Below are positions 29,196 through 39,030 of a stretch of 52,022 nt of DNA, piece after piece. The stretch's first letter is position 1, and every line of letters begins with the position of its first letter. Origin of the DNA: a bacterium (lineage in GTDB: Bacteria; Patescibacteriota; Minisyncoccia; Phycocordibacterales; UBA9973); contig JAIXRY010000003.1 of assembly GCA_027484965.1 (NCBI GenBank), positions 1 through 52,022 of the forward strand, read 5' to 3'. Under the pieces are notes generated by a model. That model searched no databases, had not been told where the DNA came from, and saw only the letters and a list, made by a program, of their open reading frames with translations. The position numbers were made by a program, and so were the translations under genes.

Positions 29196-29858
29196 TTAAT
29201 ATTTAAATTGCCTCTGTGACAAAAAAGTTTGGACCCGGAATGCAGAACTTTGATTTTCGACCATTGAAACACCGTCAATGAAAAGATTCACTCCTGGCTG
29301 CCCCTCACTCGTAACTCCTTTTACAGTAAATACGAGATTATACACGTCAATACTTGAAGCTGTAATTGGAGCGCATATCCACACAAAAGAATTTCCTGAC
29401 ACATAATCTTTACTCTCGCAACGCTCAATATAACTATAATCAAGACCTGTTCTTGGGTTATTTGTCTTAGCTATTTGATATCCATATACATCAACAATAC
29501 CCGTAACAGTATTAAGAACTTTAAAAACAAGTCCTGTCCCCGAAGAGCAGTCTGCACCGAATCTTGCTGAAGGAAAATCACTTTCACTGTTTATATCAAT
29601 AGGAATATCTTTATTATTAAGACAAGTATAATCATACCCGAGCCTACTATTTCTTGATAGGTTTTCTATGGCGAAATTAAGATTATCCATAACAGTACGA
29701 GAAGCTTCTGCATTACGAGCTCCAGATTGAGCTGTGACCATAGCAGCTAATCCAGATATAATAACAGCTGTGAAAAGCGTAAGTGAAATCATAAGCTCCA
29801 CCAAAGTAAAAGCTTTTTGTTTTTCATTATTTTTCTTTGTATAAGAAAAATTGTACAT
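29196..29858 (-). CDS. PilW-like minor pilin
   Basis: A|FTLVELMISL, DNLNFAIENLSR, QTFLSQR. Confidence 0.88.
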   Translation of the reverse strand: MYNFSYTKKNNEKQKAFTLVELMISLTLFTAVIISGLAAMVTAQSGARNAEASRTVMDNLNFAIENLSRNSRLGYDYTCLNNKDIPIDINSESDFPSARFGADCSSGTGLVFKVLNTVTGIVDVYGYQIAKTNNPRTGLDYSYIERCESKDYVSGNSFVWICAPITASSIDVYNLVFTVKGVTSEGQPGVNLFIDGVSMVENQSSAFRVQTFLSQRQFKY

Positions 29859-29862
29859 ATAT

Positions 29863-30636
29863 CTATTCTACACTAATGACCCCTGTGTTCCATATAGTAA
29901 TAAATCTTCTCACTCCATCAACAGAAACAACAGAAATTGACACATGCGATATAGGGTTATTTGTAGCAGGATCAAGGTTTGTTGTTTGTCCTGTTGAGAT
30001 ATCTGTGTAAGAGAAAAGTGCATCTTGATTTGGTCTATTGAAAACAATATCAAGCATTCCTTCAAAAACACAGTCGCTATCGTTTAAACAAAGTGCTTCT
30101 ATGCGATCGGTTGTCGTTATTAATATTTCATCAACACATTCTTCTTGTGCAGTAAATATTCTATTACAAGAAGTACCATCATACACATTGTTAGCGTTTA
30201 TTGTTGGATTAGTGGTTTTAAAATCACCAAACAATAAAAAAGTATCTGGATATTGCATATCAAAATGCACCCCATAACCAATGACTGTCTCATTTAAAAG
30301 TGTTGGTTCAGGACTCTGAAAACCAAGAGTGTAACTTTGAGCTTTTCGAATAGTTAGAGCTATATCTTGCGCTAGATTTTTTACAGTAATACTTGTCTCA
30401 AAAGATCTGTAATTAAAAGCTGAAATAGAAGATATAACAGCAAAAATAGCAACAACAACCATTAATTCTACCACTGTAAACCCGGACACTAAATTTGACG
30501 AAACACATCCACGCACTTTGACTTGTGGTCTAGATATAGAAAAACTTAATGTGCTGGTAAACCTCCTCACTAAATTAGTTTTAGAAAAGTTAGTATTAGC
30601 TAATATTATTTTATTTTTTATATCTTTAAAAAACAT
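29863..30636 (-). CDS. FimT/FimU-like minor pilin with an unusually long leader
   Basis: G|FTVVELMVVVAI after a leader of about 52 aa; LAQDIALTIRKAQSY, GYGVHF. Confidence 0.85.
   Translation of the reverse strand: MFFKDIKNKIILANTNFSKTNLVRRFTSTLSFSISRPQVKVRGCVSSNLVSGFTVVELMVVVAIFAVISSISAFNYRSFETSITVKNLAQDIALTIRKAQSYTLGFQSPEPTLLNETVIGYGVHFDMQYPDTFLLFGDFKTTNPTINANNVYDGTSCNRIFTAQEECVDEILITTTDRIEALCLNDSDCVFEGMLDIVFNRPNQDALFSYTDISTGQTTNLDPATNNPISHVSISVVSVDGVRRFITIWNTGVISVE
30476..30576. repeat. In-frame 81-nt palindromic element in the prepilin leader
   Basis: Imperfect 20-bp direct repeats at 30476-30495 and 30557-30576; 17-nt inverted arms pairing at 15/17 positions (G-U allowed). Confidence 0.65.
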
Positions 30637-30638
30637 TT

Positions 30639-31433
30639 TTAAAATGTAAAGAATTTCATTAAAGACGAAAAGTCTAACGAGAAGAAAAATACAATCCATG
30701 AACTTATAAACAAGAATGGGGCAAAAGGAATTTCTGTTTTAAGTCCCCATTTTGTCTTACCAATAAGTATTATAATGATTGAGAAGAGCGCTCCAATCCA
30801 GAAAGAAATAAGAAGTGATGTAAATCCAGCAGAAATTCCAAGTAAAGCACCTATAGACAAAGCTATCTTAGCGTCACCAAACCCCATCCACTTCCCTTTT
30901 GAAACAAAGAATATAATAGCAAAAGGAGACGCTACCAAGAAAGACGCAAGAAGTGTTGGTGCAATACTTTGTGGACCATGCATAATAGCAGCAAGCATAA
31001 CACTCGAAAAGAATGATGCATAAGAAAAAATATCTGGAATAATTTTATGTCTTACATCGTATACAAACATAACAATCCACAAACAAAATATAAATGTAGT
31101 AAGCGTTGTTATTGCAACAAAATTACTTGGATCAACAAAAAATATTCCTGATAATTTGTAAGCTGTTAGTGTAAAAATAATAGCTGTTAGAAATTCAACT
31201 ATTGGATACTGAAAAGAAATTGTATTTTTACAAGTACGACATCTACCTAATTGCGTTATAAAAGAAACGAGAGGTATTAGCTCATACCACTTAAGTGTAG
31301 TACTACAAGAAAAACAAATAGATCTACCTTTTGAAACAGAGCGTCCTGTATTAAACCTACAAATAACAACATTCAAAAAACTTCCAATAACAGTACCTAG
31401 AATTGCAATGAGAAAATAAATTAAAAAGTTCAT
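30639..31433 (-). CDS. pilD: Prepilin peptidase
   Basis: GSFLNVVI.R, RSICFSC, GRCRTC, YDVRHKIIPD, MGFGDAK, IPFAPFL. Confidence 0.95.
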   Translation of the reverse strand: MNFLIYFLIAILGTVIGSFLNVVICRFNTGRSVSKGRSICFSCSTTLKWYELIPLVSFITQLGRCRTCKNTISFQYPIVEFLTAIIFTLTAYKLSGIFFVDPSNFVAITTLTTFIFCLWIVMFVYDVRHKIIPDIFSYASFFSSVMLAAIMHGPQSIAPTLLASFLVASPFAIIFFVSKGKWMGFGDAKIALSIGALLGISAGFTSLLISFWIGALFSIIIILIGKTKWGLKTEIPFAPFLFISSWIVFFFSLDFSSLMKFFTF

Positions 31434-31495
31434 ATATATAGTATACAGTGAATAATGTATAGCGTTAAGTAAATAATGGTAATTATCAATATAAA

Positions 31496-31528
31496 AACAA
31501 AAAAATCCCCAAAGGGGATTTTTTTGTT
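31496..31528. terminator. Terminator after the downstream major pilin
   Basis: AACAAAAAAATCCC-CAAAG-GGGATTTTTTTGTT. Confidence 0.8.
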
Positions 31529-31543
31529 AATCTATAATATAGA

Positions 31544-32026
31544 TTAAGGACAAACAACAGTATTTGCCGCCAAAACTGTTGTTGTTTCTTTTGAAGCACC
31601 TGTTGAATCAACACACGCATAAGTTGGAGTTGAAATACTTCTCAATTTAACTGAAGCCGCCCATCCTGCTGCATTAGCAAAACAGTTAGCAGTAGATGCA
31701 GTTTGAACTGCACCACCTGTAACAATAGTACCAGTACCTGCAGCAGTTGAAGCTGCTTGTATAGCAGAACCAATACCAAATGAACTAGTAGTACAAACAC
31801 CTTGATAACCTGATGTTGATGCAGATGAGTCAATATCACTTGCTATACCAGTGTTTCCGTCAAAATAAATCTCTGCTTGTGCACGAGCATTTGCCAAGTT
31901 TGCTTTAATAGCAGCATCAGCTCCTTTTGTACGAGCACTGTTAAGAGATGCAAGCACTACAGAAGCCAAGATACCAATGATTGCAATAACAACCAAAAGT
32001 TCGATCAATGTAAAACCTTTTTTCAT
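31544..32026 (-). CDS. Type IV major pilin (copy B)
   Basis: [37 protein letters not shown]-terminal CVDS...CP. Confidence 0.95.
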   Translation of the reverse strand: MKKGFTLIELLVVIAIIGILASVVLASLNSARTKGADAAIKANLANARAQAEIYFDGNTGIASDIDSSASTSGYQGVCTTSSFGIGSAIQAASTAAGTGTIVTGGAVQTASTANCFANAAGWAASVKLRSISTPTYACVDSTGASKETTTVLAANTVVCP

Positions 32027-32134
32027 ATATGAAATATACTTTTCGTCCGTCACGTTTTCGGACATTTAACTTACTATTTATTAATAATAGATTAATTATA
32101 TCACTTTTACAGATACTGCAACAATAACATGTGG

Positions 32135-32188
32135 AAAACATTACAAGACAAAACCCCACAAATGTGGGGTTTTGTCTTGTAATGTTTT
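32135..32188. terminator. 26-bp perfect palindrome between the pilin genes
   Basis: AAAACATTACAAGACAAAACCCCACA-AA-TGTGGGGTTTTGTCTTGTAATGTTTT. Confidence 0.8.
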
Positions 32189-32202
32189 AATCCAAAAATA
32201 AT

Positions 32203-32706
32203 TTAAGGACAAGCAGTAAATGCTGTTGTAAGAGTCATTGTATCAACGAGCTTTGATATATTATTAGAGTCTACACAGAAAAAATCAACACCAGAAGAAG
32301 CAGATACAAGATTTGTGTCTCTCATTTGAACAGCAGCAGCCCAGTTTGTACCAGTGGCATTAACATAACCATATAGAGTAGAGTTAGCACTTTCAGCTGC
32401 TCTTCTTAACATATCTTGTATACCTAAAGATGATTTAGGAGAAAAAACTCCTGTACCATTAGTAACAGTTCCAGCACCAGTAACAGTAAATGCTATTGCT
32501 GCAGGTGATGCAGCTGACGCACTATATGTAACATTTGTATCAAAATACAAAACACCCTGAGCTCTCGCATTTATCATATTTGATCTTATAGCAGCGTCAG
32601 TTCCTTTTGTACGAGAGCTATTTAAGGAAGCAAGAACAATAGACGCGAGTACGCCGATAATTGCAATAACAACCAAAAGTTCGATCAATGTAAAACCTTT
32701 TTTCAT
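32203..32706 (-). CDS. Type IV major pilin (copy A)
   Basis: [37 protein letters not shown]...ACP. Confidence 0.95.
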   Translation of the reverse strand: MKKGFTLIELLVVIAIIGVLASIVLASLNSSRTKGTDAAIRSNMINARAQGVLYFDTNVTYSASAASPAAIAFTVTGAGTVTNGTGVFSPKSSLGIQDMLRRAAESANSTLYGYVNATGTNWAAAVQMRDTNLVSASSGVDFFCVDSNNISKLVDTMTLTTAFTACP

Positions 32707-32817
32707 AAATTAATAATTTTGTTTCTTAAAAAACTTATCGATAATAACATATAATATTATATCATTAATATTTAACATTACAACATAATAAATATGTTGA
32801 AAAAATTAATAGATAGA

Positions 32818-34023
32818 TTATTTGATACCTCCAGCAATGTTATAAATAGGCATCAAAACAGATGTGAGAAGCATACCCACTCCAAGACCAAGAGCAACAA
32901 TCATAACAGGCTCAATAAGACCTACAAGTGTATCTACAGCATCATCAACTTCACGTTTATAAAAATTCGCAAGCGTTTTCAAGATACTTCCCATAGCACC
33001 TGTCTCTTCACCAACCTTAATCATCTGAACCAACATTTGGGGAACTTCTTTATGATTACCTAGTGCATCAGAAAAAGAATTACCAGACTTTACCTTTTCA
33101 CATGAATTATTAAGAATATCTTGGTATGTATTATTACCTACAACTCCAGCAGTGATTTCGATAGCACGAACAATAGGAATACCAGAAGAAAGCATTGTGT
33201 TCATATTGTCTGATATACGAGCAAGATACACTTTTGTAAAAAGTGGACCAAAAATAGGCACTTTTAATTTTAAGCTATCGATTAAGAGTTTCCCTTTCTT
33301 ACTCTTTAGAGCATAAAATCCTAAAAATACCAGTATTCCAACACCTACAAGAAGATACAGTCCATAATTAACCATCAATTCACTGATAGTCATAACGACT
33401 CTTGTATTCCAAGGAATATCTTGACCTGATTCTTTAATAATTGCAGAGAGTTTTGGAACAATCATAACAAACATAAGTACCATAACCACAACGAAAATAC
33501 CAATAACGAAAGCTGGGTAAATAAGGGCGTTTTTTGTTTTTGCAGCAAGAGCATATTGACGATCAAGATAGTCAGCCAAATACGCAAACGTTTGAGTTAA
33601 TTTCCCAGATTCTTCACCAGACTTCACCATGTTTACATAAAAGTCAGAGAAAATCATCGGATGTTTTGAAAGAGCTTCAGAAATAGAAAGTCCTGATTGA
33701 AGATCACTAACAACAGCCTCCAAATTCTTTTTCATGAGCTTATTTTCAGAGTTAGAAGCGATCAATGAAAAAGCTTTAAGTGCTGAAACTTGTGCCTCGA
33801 ACAATGTTGATATTTGGCGAGACATTATAACAATATCTTTAACAGGTATATGATCAAATAGAGATATTTCTAAAATTGACTTTGGTTTATCAGCAGAAAT
33901 AACAGTAAGAACAATCAATCCTCTTCTTTGAACAGCCGAAATAGCAGAGTCCCGACTTACAGCCTCAACTACTCCGTCTTGTTTCTCACCCTTTTCATTA
34001 ACTGCAGTATAATTAAAATTCAT
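32818..34023 (-). CDS. pilC: Type IV pilus platform protein (T2SS F family)
   Basis: MVKSGEESGKL, ALIYPAF, MIKVGEETG, LIEPVMI. Confidence 0.93.
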   Translation of the reverse strand: MNFNYTAVNEKGEKQDGVVEAVSRDSAISAVQRRGLIVLTVISADKPKSILEISLFDHIPVKDIVIMSRQISTLFEAQVSALKAFSLIASNSENKLMKKNLEAVVSDLQSGLSISEALSKHPMIFSDFYVNMVKSGEESGKLTQTFAYLADYLDRQYALAAKTKNALIYPAFVIGIFVVVMVLMFVMIVPKLSAIIKESGQDIPWNTRVVMTISELMVNYGLYLLVGVGILVFLGFYALKSKKGKLLIDSLKLKVPIFGPLFTKVYLARISDNMNTMLSSGIPIVRAIEITAGVVGNNTYQDILNNSCEKVKSGNSFSDALGNHKEVPQMLVQMIKVGEETGAMGSILKTLANFYKREVDDAVDTLVGLIEPVMIVALGLGVGMLLTSVLMPIYNIAGGIK

Positions 34024-34030
34024 ATATGAT

Positions 34031-35092
34031 TTACATCATTGATTGAAAAGCTCTAGGATTTGTAGAGTATGCAATAGCAGACTCCATAGTGATTTCACCA
34101 GCACGAACAAGTTCTATGAGAGATCGATTTATATCAACCATCCCCTGTTCAAGACCTGTTTCTATAACAACATCTATTTCATGAGTTCTCTTTTCACGGA
34201 TAAGATTTGCAACAGCATTATTATTTATCAAAAGTTCATAAGCAGGAATTCTTCCTCCAACAATTCTAGGAACAAGTCTTTGTGAAAAGATACCTAGCAA
34301 AGACGCTGCTAACTGAGTACGTATTTGATCTTGTTGTGCTGGTGGAAACGAGTCTATAATACGATCGATTGTTTGAGAGGCGCTGTTTGTATGGAGAGTA
34401 GCAAAAACAAGGTGTCCTGTTTCAGCTGCTGTTACAGCAGCTGCCATAGTCTCATGATTTCTAAGTTCACCAATCAAAATAACATTTGCATCTGAACGAA
34501 ACACTGTCTTAAGTGCATTTTCAAAACTCTCTGTATCTATACCCACATCACGCTGATCAATAATAGATCTTTTTATAGGATAAATATGCTCTACAGGATC
34601 TTCGATAGTAACGATATGGGCAGCCCTCTTTTCATTAATAATATCCACCATTGCTGCAAGTGTTGTTGATTTTCCTTGCCCAACAGGACCTACAACAAGA
34701 AAGAATCCTTGACGAGCAAGAGCGAACTGCTCAAGAATTGGAGGAAGTTTTAGAGATTGTAAAGATTCTATTTCAGGTATGAGTCGCAACGCTACAGAAA
34801 TACCACTCTTTTGATAACAAGCACTTCCACGAAGTCTAAGACCTTTTGGTGTATCAAAAGCAAAATCAAGTTCTTGTTGTGTTAAAAATTTTTTTGTACG
34901 CTCACTTCCGGCCAAAATTTCAATTAGAGAAATCATATTCTCTTTTGTTGGAATTTCTTTTTGTTCTAAAAAAACTAATTCTCCAGAAATACGTATCGCA
35001 GGATATCTACTTGTCGATATATGCAAATCGGAAGCACCTTGAGTGTGCATGTTTTCTATTAAATCAAGAAGGTATTCTTTAGAATCTATCAT
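34031..35092 (-). CDS. pilT: Type IV pilus retraction ATPase
   Basis: ASDLH, GPVGQGKSTTLAAM, TIEDPVE, AAETGHLVFATLHT, AVANLIRE. Confidence 0.93.
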   Translation of the reverse strand: MIDSKEYLLDLIENMHTQGASDLHISTSRYPAIRISGELVFLEQKEIPTKENMISLIEILAGSERTKKFLTQQELDFAFDTPKGLRLRGSACYQKSGISVALRLIPEIESLQSLKLPPILEQFALARQGFFLVVGPVGQGKSTTLAAMVDIINEKRAAHIVTIEDPVEHIYPIKRSIIDQRDVGIDTESFENALKTVFRSDANVILIGELRNHETMAAAVTAAETGHLVFATLHTNSASQTIDRIIDSFPPAQQDQIRTQLAASLLGIFSQRLVPRIVGGRIPAYELLINNNAVANLIREKRTHEIDVVIETGLEQGMVDINRSLIELVRAGEITMESAIAYSTNPRAFQSMM

Positions 35093-35097
35093 AATTA

Positions 35098-35487
35098 TTA
35101 TTGTTTTGGTTGTGTAATAGAAACAACTCTTGCAACAACCTCAGATGGTGTTGCGTTAGCTTTTACAATATATCCTGAAGCACCAAGAGCTTTACCTTTT
35201 TCAATATCTTCTGTTTGTCCAAGATTTGAAATAATAATCTTGATTGTGTTTGGAATTAATTTTTCTTCATTTATTTTTTCCAAAAGCTCAAAACCATCCA
35301 TAACAGGCATAACAACATCTGTTAATAAAATATCTGGACTTACAGATTGTTTTAATTTCTGAAGCGCAACAGTAGACCCTAAAGCAGTATCAACAATAAA
35401 TCCTGACTGGCTAAATTTTAGCGCATACATGTCAAGGAGAAAGCTGTCATCATCAACAATTAAAATAGTCTTCTTTTTATCTTCCAT
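35098..35487 (-). CDS. Single-domain response regulator within the pilus cluster
   Basis: ILIVDDD, DILLTDVVMP.MDG, GYIVKA; ATG 35487. Confidence 0.92.
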   Translation of the reverse strand: MEDKKKTILIVDDDSFLLDMYALKFSQSGFIVDTALGSTVALQKLKQSVSPDILLTDVVMPVMDGFELLEKINEEKLIPNTIKIIISNLGQTEDIEKGKALGASGYIVKANATPSEVVARVVSITQPKQ

Positions 35488-35531
35488 AATATACCTAGTA
35501 TACCATGATAAGATAATTTTCAAGTGTGAAA

Positions 35532-37265
35532 TTATTCACGGTTATCCCCAAGACCATACACTTCTGAAAGTGGAGTTTCACCTTTTAGAGATTTAAGGAA
35601 TCCATCTTCTCTCATTGTAATCATTCCTTGTTTTCGAGCGAGTTGATATATAGCGTCTTCACCTGGAGATTTTAGGATTAATTCTTGCATATCTCTATCA
35701 ACCTTAAACATTTCATGTACAGCAATACGGCCTCGTGTACCTGAAGGACAGTCTGGAGAGCCTACAGTTTCAAACATTAAATCAGGTAATATTACATCAT
35801 TTTTATATTCTTCTGGTAAATCTTTGAAGTAATTAGTCAATTGTTCACGAATAGCTTCAGACACTGGAACTTCTTTTTTTGAAGTAGGACAAGTATGTCG
35901 AACTAGACGCTGCGCAACAGAAAGGACAAGAGTAGGAGCAATAAGGTAAGGGTCAACTCCCATATCAATAAGACGAGGTACAACCCCTGCAGCATTATTG
36001 GTGTGAAGAGTTGAAAAAACTAAGTGCCCTGTAAGAGAAGCTTGAATAGCTAGTTGCGCAGTTTCTTTATCACGAATCTCTCCAACCAAAATAACATCAG
36101 GGTCTTGACGAAGGATAGAGCGAAGCCCAGAAGCAAATGTATACCCAATTTCAGACATAACTTGTGATTGATTTACAGATGGGATGTTGTATTCAACAGG
36201 ATCTTCCAAAGAAACTACATTCATAGTTTCCCTATCTATCTCATTGAGCATAGAATATAGAGTTGTTGTTTTACCAGAACCTGTTGGACCAGTAATCAAA
36301 ATTAATCCATATGGTCTATTAATAGCATCTCGAACAAGTTTTAGATTTCTATCAGTAAAACCAAGTTCTTCTAATTTTTTAATTCCACGCTCAGAATCCA
36401 AAATACGAAGCACGACCTTTTCTCCAAAATAAGTAGGGAGTGTAGATACACGAAAATCAATTTTACGTCCATCAATTTTTGTAGAAAATGAACCATCTTG
36501 AGGTTTACGTTTTTCGTCGAGGCGTAGCTTTGCAAGAATTTTTATACGAGCCACAACACCATTAAAAGCATTGAGTGGAAGAATCAATGATGTGTGCAGT
36601 GCGCCATCAACACGAAATCGAACATTAACTTTTTCTCCGTTATTTTCAATATGAATATCAGATGCATTTCCTTCGATAGCGTGACGTAAAATAACAGCAA
36701 CGATTTTAATAACAGGAGCATCTTCAACTATTTTATTCTTACCTTCTTTGACATCACTATCACCTGCGTCACTGATAGCATCATTTGCATTTTGAAGTTC
36801 AGTGTCCATTTCTTGAAGAGCTTCGTCAACCTCTCCTGTAATTCCACGATACGCCTTAAGAGCTATTTTAAAATCACTCTCCGAAATAATACATATTTTA
36901 AAAGGAATATCGGCTTTTGCTGTAATAAACTGAATCGCATCTGTCGCTTGAATATTGTCAGGGTCAAGAGTGCCAACAATAAGTATCCCATTTTCAATAG
37001 CTATAGGAGTAAGCTTATATAAGACAGCAGTTTCTTCTGGAATATATTTAAAAATATCAGAAGACATTGATTTTATATTCAAACTTCTTGCAGGTATACC
37101 AAAAAATTCAGACTTCACATCACGAAGTACGGTATCGCTAAGCCCTAAAGAGATAAGAGCGTCTTCAAATGAAATGTTTTTTTCTTCCACAATTGCAGTT
37201 GCGTCAGTTATCATTTCTGGAGAGACTAGTTGTTTTTCTTGGAGTAGATCAATGTATGTTCTCAT
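35532..37265 (-). CDS. pilB: Type IV pilus assembly ATPase (GspE/PulE family)
   Basis: ASDIHIE, RFRVDG, GPTGSGKTTT, LRQDPD, GEIRD, TGHLVFSTLHTN. Confidence 0.94.
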   Translation of the reverse strand: MRTYIDLLQEKQLVSPEMITDATAIVEEKNISFEDALISLGLSDTVLRDVKSEFFGIPARSLNIKSMSSDIFKYIPEETAVLYKLTPIAIENGILIVGTLDPDNIQATDAIQFITAKADIPFKICIISESDFKIALKAYRGITGEVDEALQEMDTELQNANDAISDAGDSDVKEGKNKIVEDAPVIKIVAVILRHAIEGNASDIHIENNGEKVNVRFRVDGALHTSLILPLNAFNGVVARIKILAKLRLDEKRKPQDGSFSTKIDGRKIDFRVSTLPTYFGEKVVLRILDSERGIKKLEELGFTDRNLKLVRDAINRPYGLILITGPTGSGKTTTLYSMLNEIDRETMNVVSLEDPVEYNIPSVNQSQVMSEIGYTFASGLRSILRQDPDVILVGEIRDKETAQLAIQASLTGHLVFSTLHTNNAAGVVPRLIDMGVDPYLIAPTLVLSVAQRLVRHTCPTSKKEVPVSEAIREQLTNYFKDLPEEYKNDVILPDLMFETVGSPDCPSGTRGRIAVHEMFKVDRDMQELILKSPGEDAIYQLARKQGMITMREDGFLKSLKGETPLSEVYGLGDNRE

Positions 37266-37274
37266 ATGTAATAA

Positions 37275-37769
37275 TTATAGACCATTTAACAAACTATCAA
37301 GACTGTCGAGAGTTGGTACTGTCGTATTGGTTGTTTTCTTTTCTGACTGATTAGTAAGTGTTGTTGTATTTTTATTTGTAGTACCTAGTTCTTGATTTGT
37401 TGAAGTGTTAATTGTATTTGTTGTATCAATCAAACTAGCAGTATCTTGTCCTACAGGAGCAAAAGGATTAGGTCTGCCTGCTGGAGCGTCTGTTGGTAAT
37501 ACTGAACCATAATTAACAAGTTTTTGGAATGCTTTACTTTGAATGATTGAGGGATCAAGAGAGATTGTTTTAATACTCTGAAGTAAAGAAACAAACTGTT
37601 GACTTGGATCAGGAGTAGAGGTATCACCATTTACATTAAGAGTGCCTTTAGACATAAGAGGTGTCTGAGTTTTTGCGGAATCTTGAAATTTTGGAATAAC
37701 AACAACAGCAATAGCTATGATTACAAGTATACCTAGGATAATGAGTAATTTTTTAACATTTTTATTCAT
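37275..37769 (-). CDS. PilP-like membrane-anchored protein
   Basis: N-terminal TM, GRPNPFAP motif, Thr/Asn-rich tail; follows pilO. Confidence 0.6.
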   Translation of the reverse strand: MNKNVKKLLIILGILVIIAIAVVVIPKFQDSAKTQTPLMSKGTLNVNGDTSTPDPSQQFVSLLQSIKTISLDPSIIQSKAFQKLVNYGSVLPTDAPAGRPNPFAPVGQDTASLIDTTNTINTSTNQELGTTNKNTTTLTNQSEKKTTNTTVPTLDSLDSLLNGL

Positions 37770-37774
37770 AATTA

Positions 37775-38422
37775 TTAATCTTTAAGCCAATATGTCTTAA
37801 CTGTTACAGTGTATTCATAAACAGAAGTTGGTGTAGATCCTTTTTTAGAATCTTTTTCAGATTCAAGAGATGTAAAAGAAATTGAAGTAACATCAACAAT
37901 ACGTAAACTATTTTCAAGATTTTTCAGAAATTGAAGAAATTGATCATATGGACCTTGTACAGTAAAATTAACACTAAAAACTCCATAGGGCTTAGAATCT
38001 TCTGAAGCAACGCCTAATCTCATAGGTTGAGGAGCTTGAGGTGTCTGTGTATTAGTGTTAGTAGAAGGTTGAGGAGTTACTGTTTTTGCCTTTACACTTT
38101 CTTTTGCATCGTAAGAGACTTTTTTAAACACTAAACCTGAATCTTTGGCTATTTTTTCTATATCGATAACAAGACGAACGTTGTCTACTGTATCAGGGAG
38201 AAGAAGTTTTAGACGTTCTATATCATTTTTTGAAAAAGACTGATAACGTTCATTAATACTATCTCTAGCTTTCTCAAATTGGTTTGAGCTATTTAAAGCT
38301 TGTTCGTAAGTACTTCCTTCATCTTTTAATAATGAAATTTTCTTGTATGTTGGACTAGTGTACACAAAGAACACCGCAAGTGCGATTCCTACCAAGATAA
38401 TTGATCGTATAGTTCCAAACAT
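37775..38422 (-). CDS. pilO: PilO-like alignment protein
   Basis: N-terminal TM, LLPD, GPYDQFLQFLKNLENSLRIVDV. Confidence 0.85.
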   Translation of the reverse strand: MFGTIRSIILVGIALAVFFVYTSPTYKKISLLKDEGSTYEQALNSSNQFEKARDSINERYQSFSKNDIERLKLLLPDTVDNVRLVIDIEKIAKDSGLVFKKVSYDAKESVKAKTVTPQPSTNTNTQTPQAPQPMRLGVASEDSKPYGVFSVNFTVQGPYDQFLQFLKNLENSLRIVDVTSISFTSLESEKDSKKGSTPTSVYEYTVTVKTYWLKD

Positions 38423-38427
38423 ATAAT

Positions 38428-39030
38428 TTATGGTTTTATAGAATTATCTTTGTTAGCATTTTCGACAAAATTTATAAGTGCTGGATCAACGTTAAAATTC
38501 AAATCAAAAGCAAGTTTACCATTAGTATCTAAATTAAGATTAGAAAAAATAGGATCTTGAATTAGTTTATTTTTTGAAAAATTATCAGACTGTAGTGCAA
38601 TAGTCTCATAATTATTGGTAAGACCTGAAAGCGTTACAGTAACAGACCTTCCTGTTTCATCGAACTTGTAACCAAATTTTGTGTATTGAATATTTTTAAG
38701 TGTTAGAGTGCTTAATATTTCAAAAATAGGAGTGGTTGTTATGTGTTGGTTTAAAACAATCTTTGCAGCAGAAAGACGCTTGTCTATATCTTTAAATTCT
38801 TGAAGCGTTTCTGGCTCAAATCTACCCTTAGAAACATCTATGCTTTTCTTTTGAGTTTCCACATTTTTAGCAACATATCCATTATAAAAGTATACTCCTC
38901 CGGCAAGCATTAAAGACAACACAAACAAACCTATAGCAATTATAGATATAAGTCCAAAGGAAGTCTCTTCGCGATATTCTTGCGTAATAGGCTTCTTTGG
39001 TATAAAAGTTGTTTGTGTTGGTAATTCCAT
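38428..39030 (-). CDS. PilN-like alignment protein
   Basis: TTFIPKK cytoplasmic motif, TM and coiled coil; lies between pilM and pilO. Confidence 0.75.
   Translation of the reverse strand: MELPTQTTFIPKKPITQEYREETSFGLISIIAIGLFVLSLMLAGGVYFYNGYVAKNVETQKKSIDVSKGRFEPETLQEFKDIDKRLSAAKIVLNQHITTTPIFEILSTLTLKNIQYTKFGYKFDETGRSVTVTLSGLTNNYETIALQSDNFSKNKLIQDPIFSNLNLDTNGKLAFDLNFNVDPALINFVENANKDNSIKP

Larger units (their letters stand above)
31980..32707. repeat. 48-bp identical direct repeat at the 5' ends of the two major pilin genes
   Basis: 31980-32027 equals 32660-32707. Confidence 0.9.
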
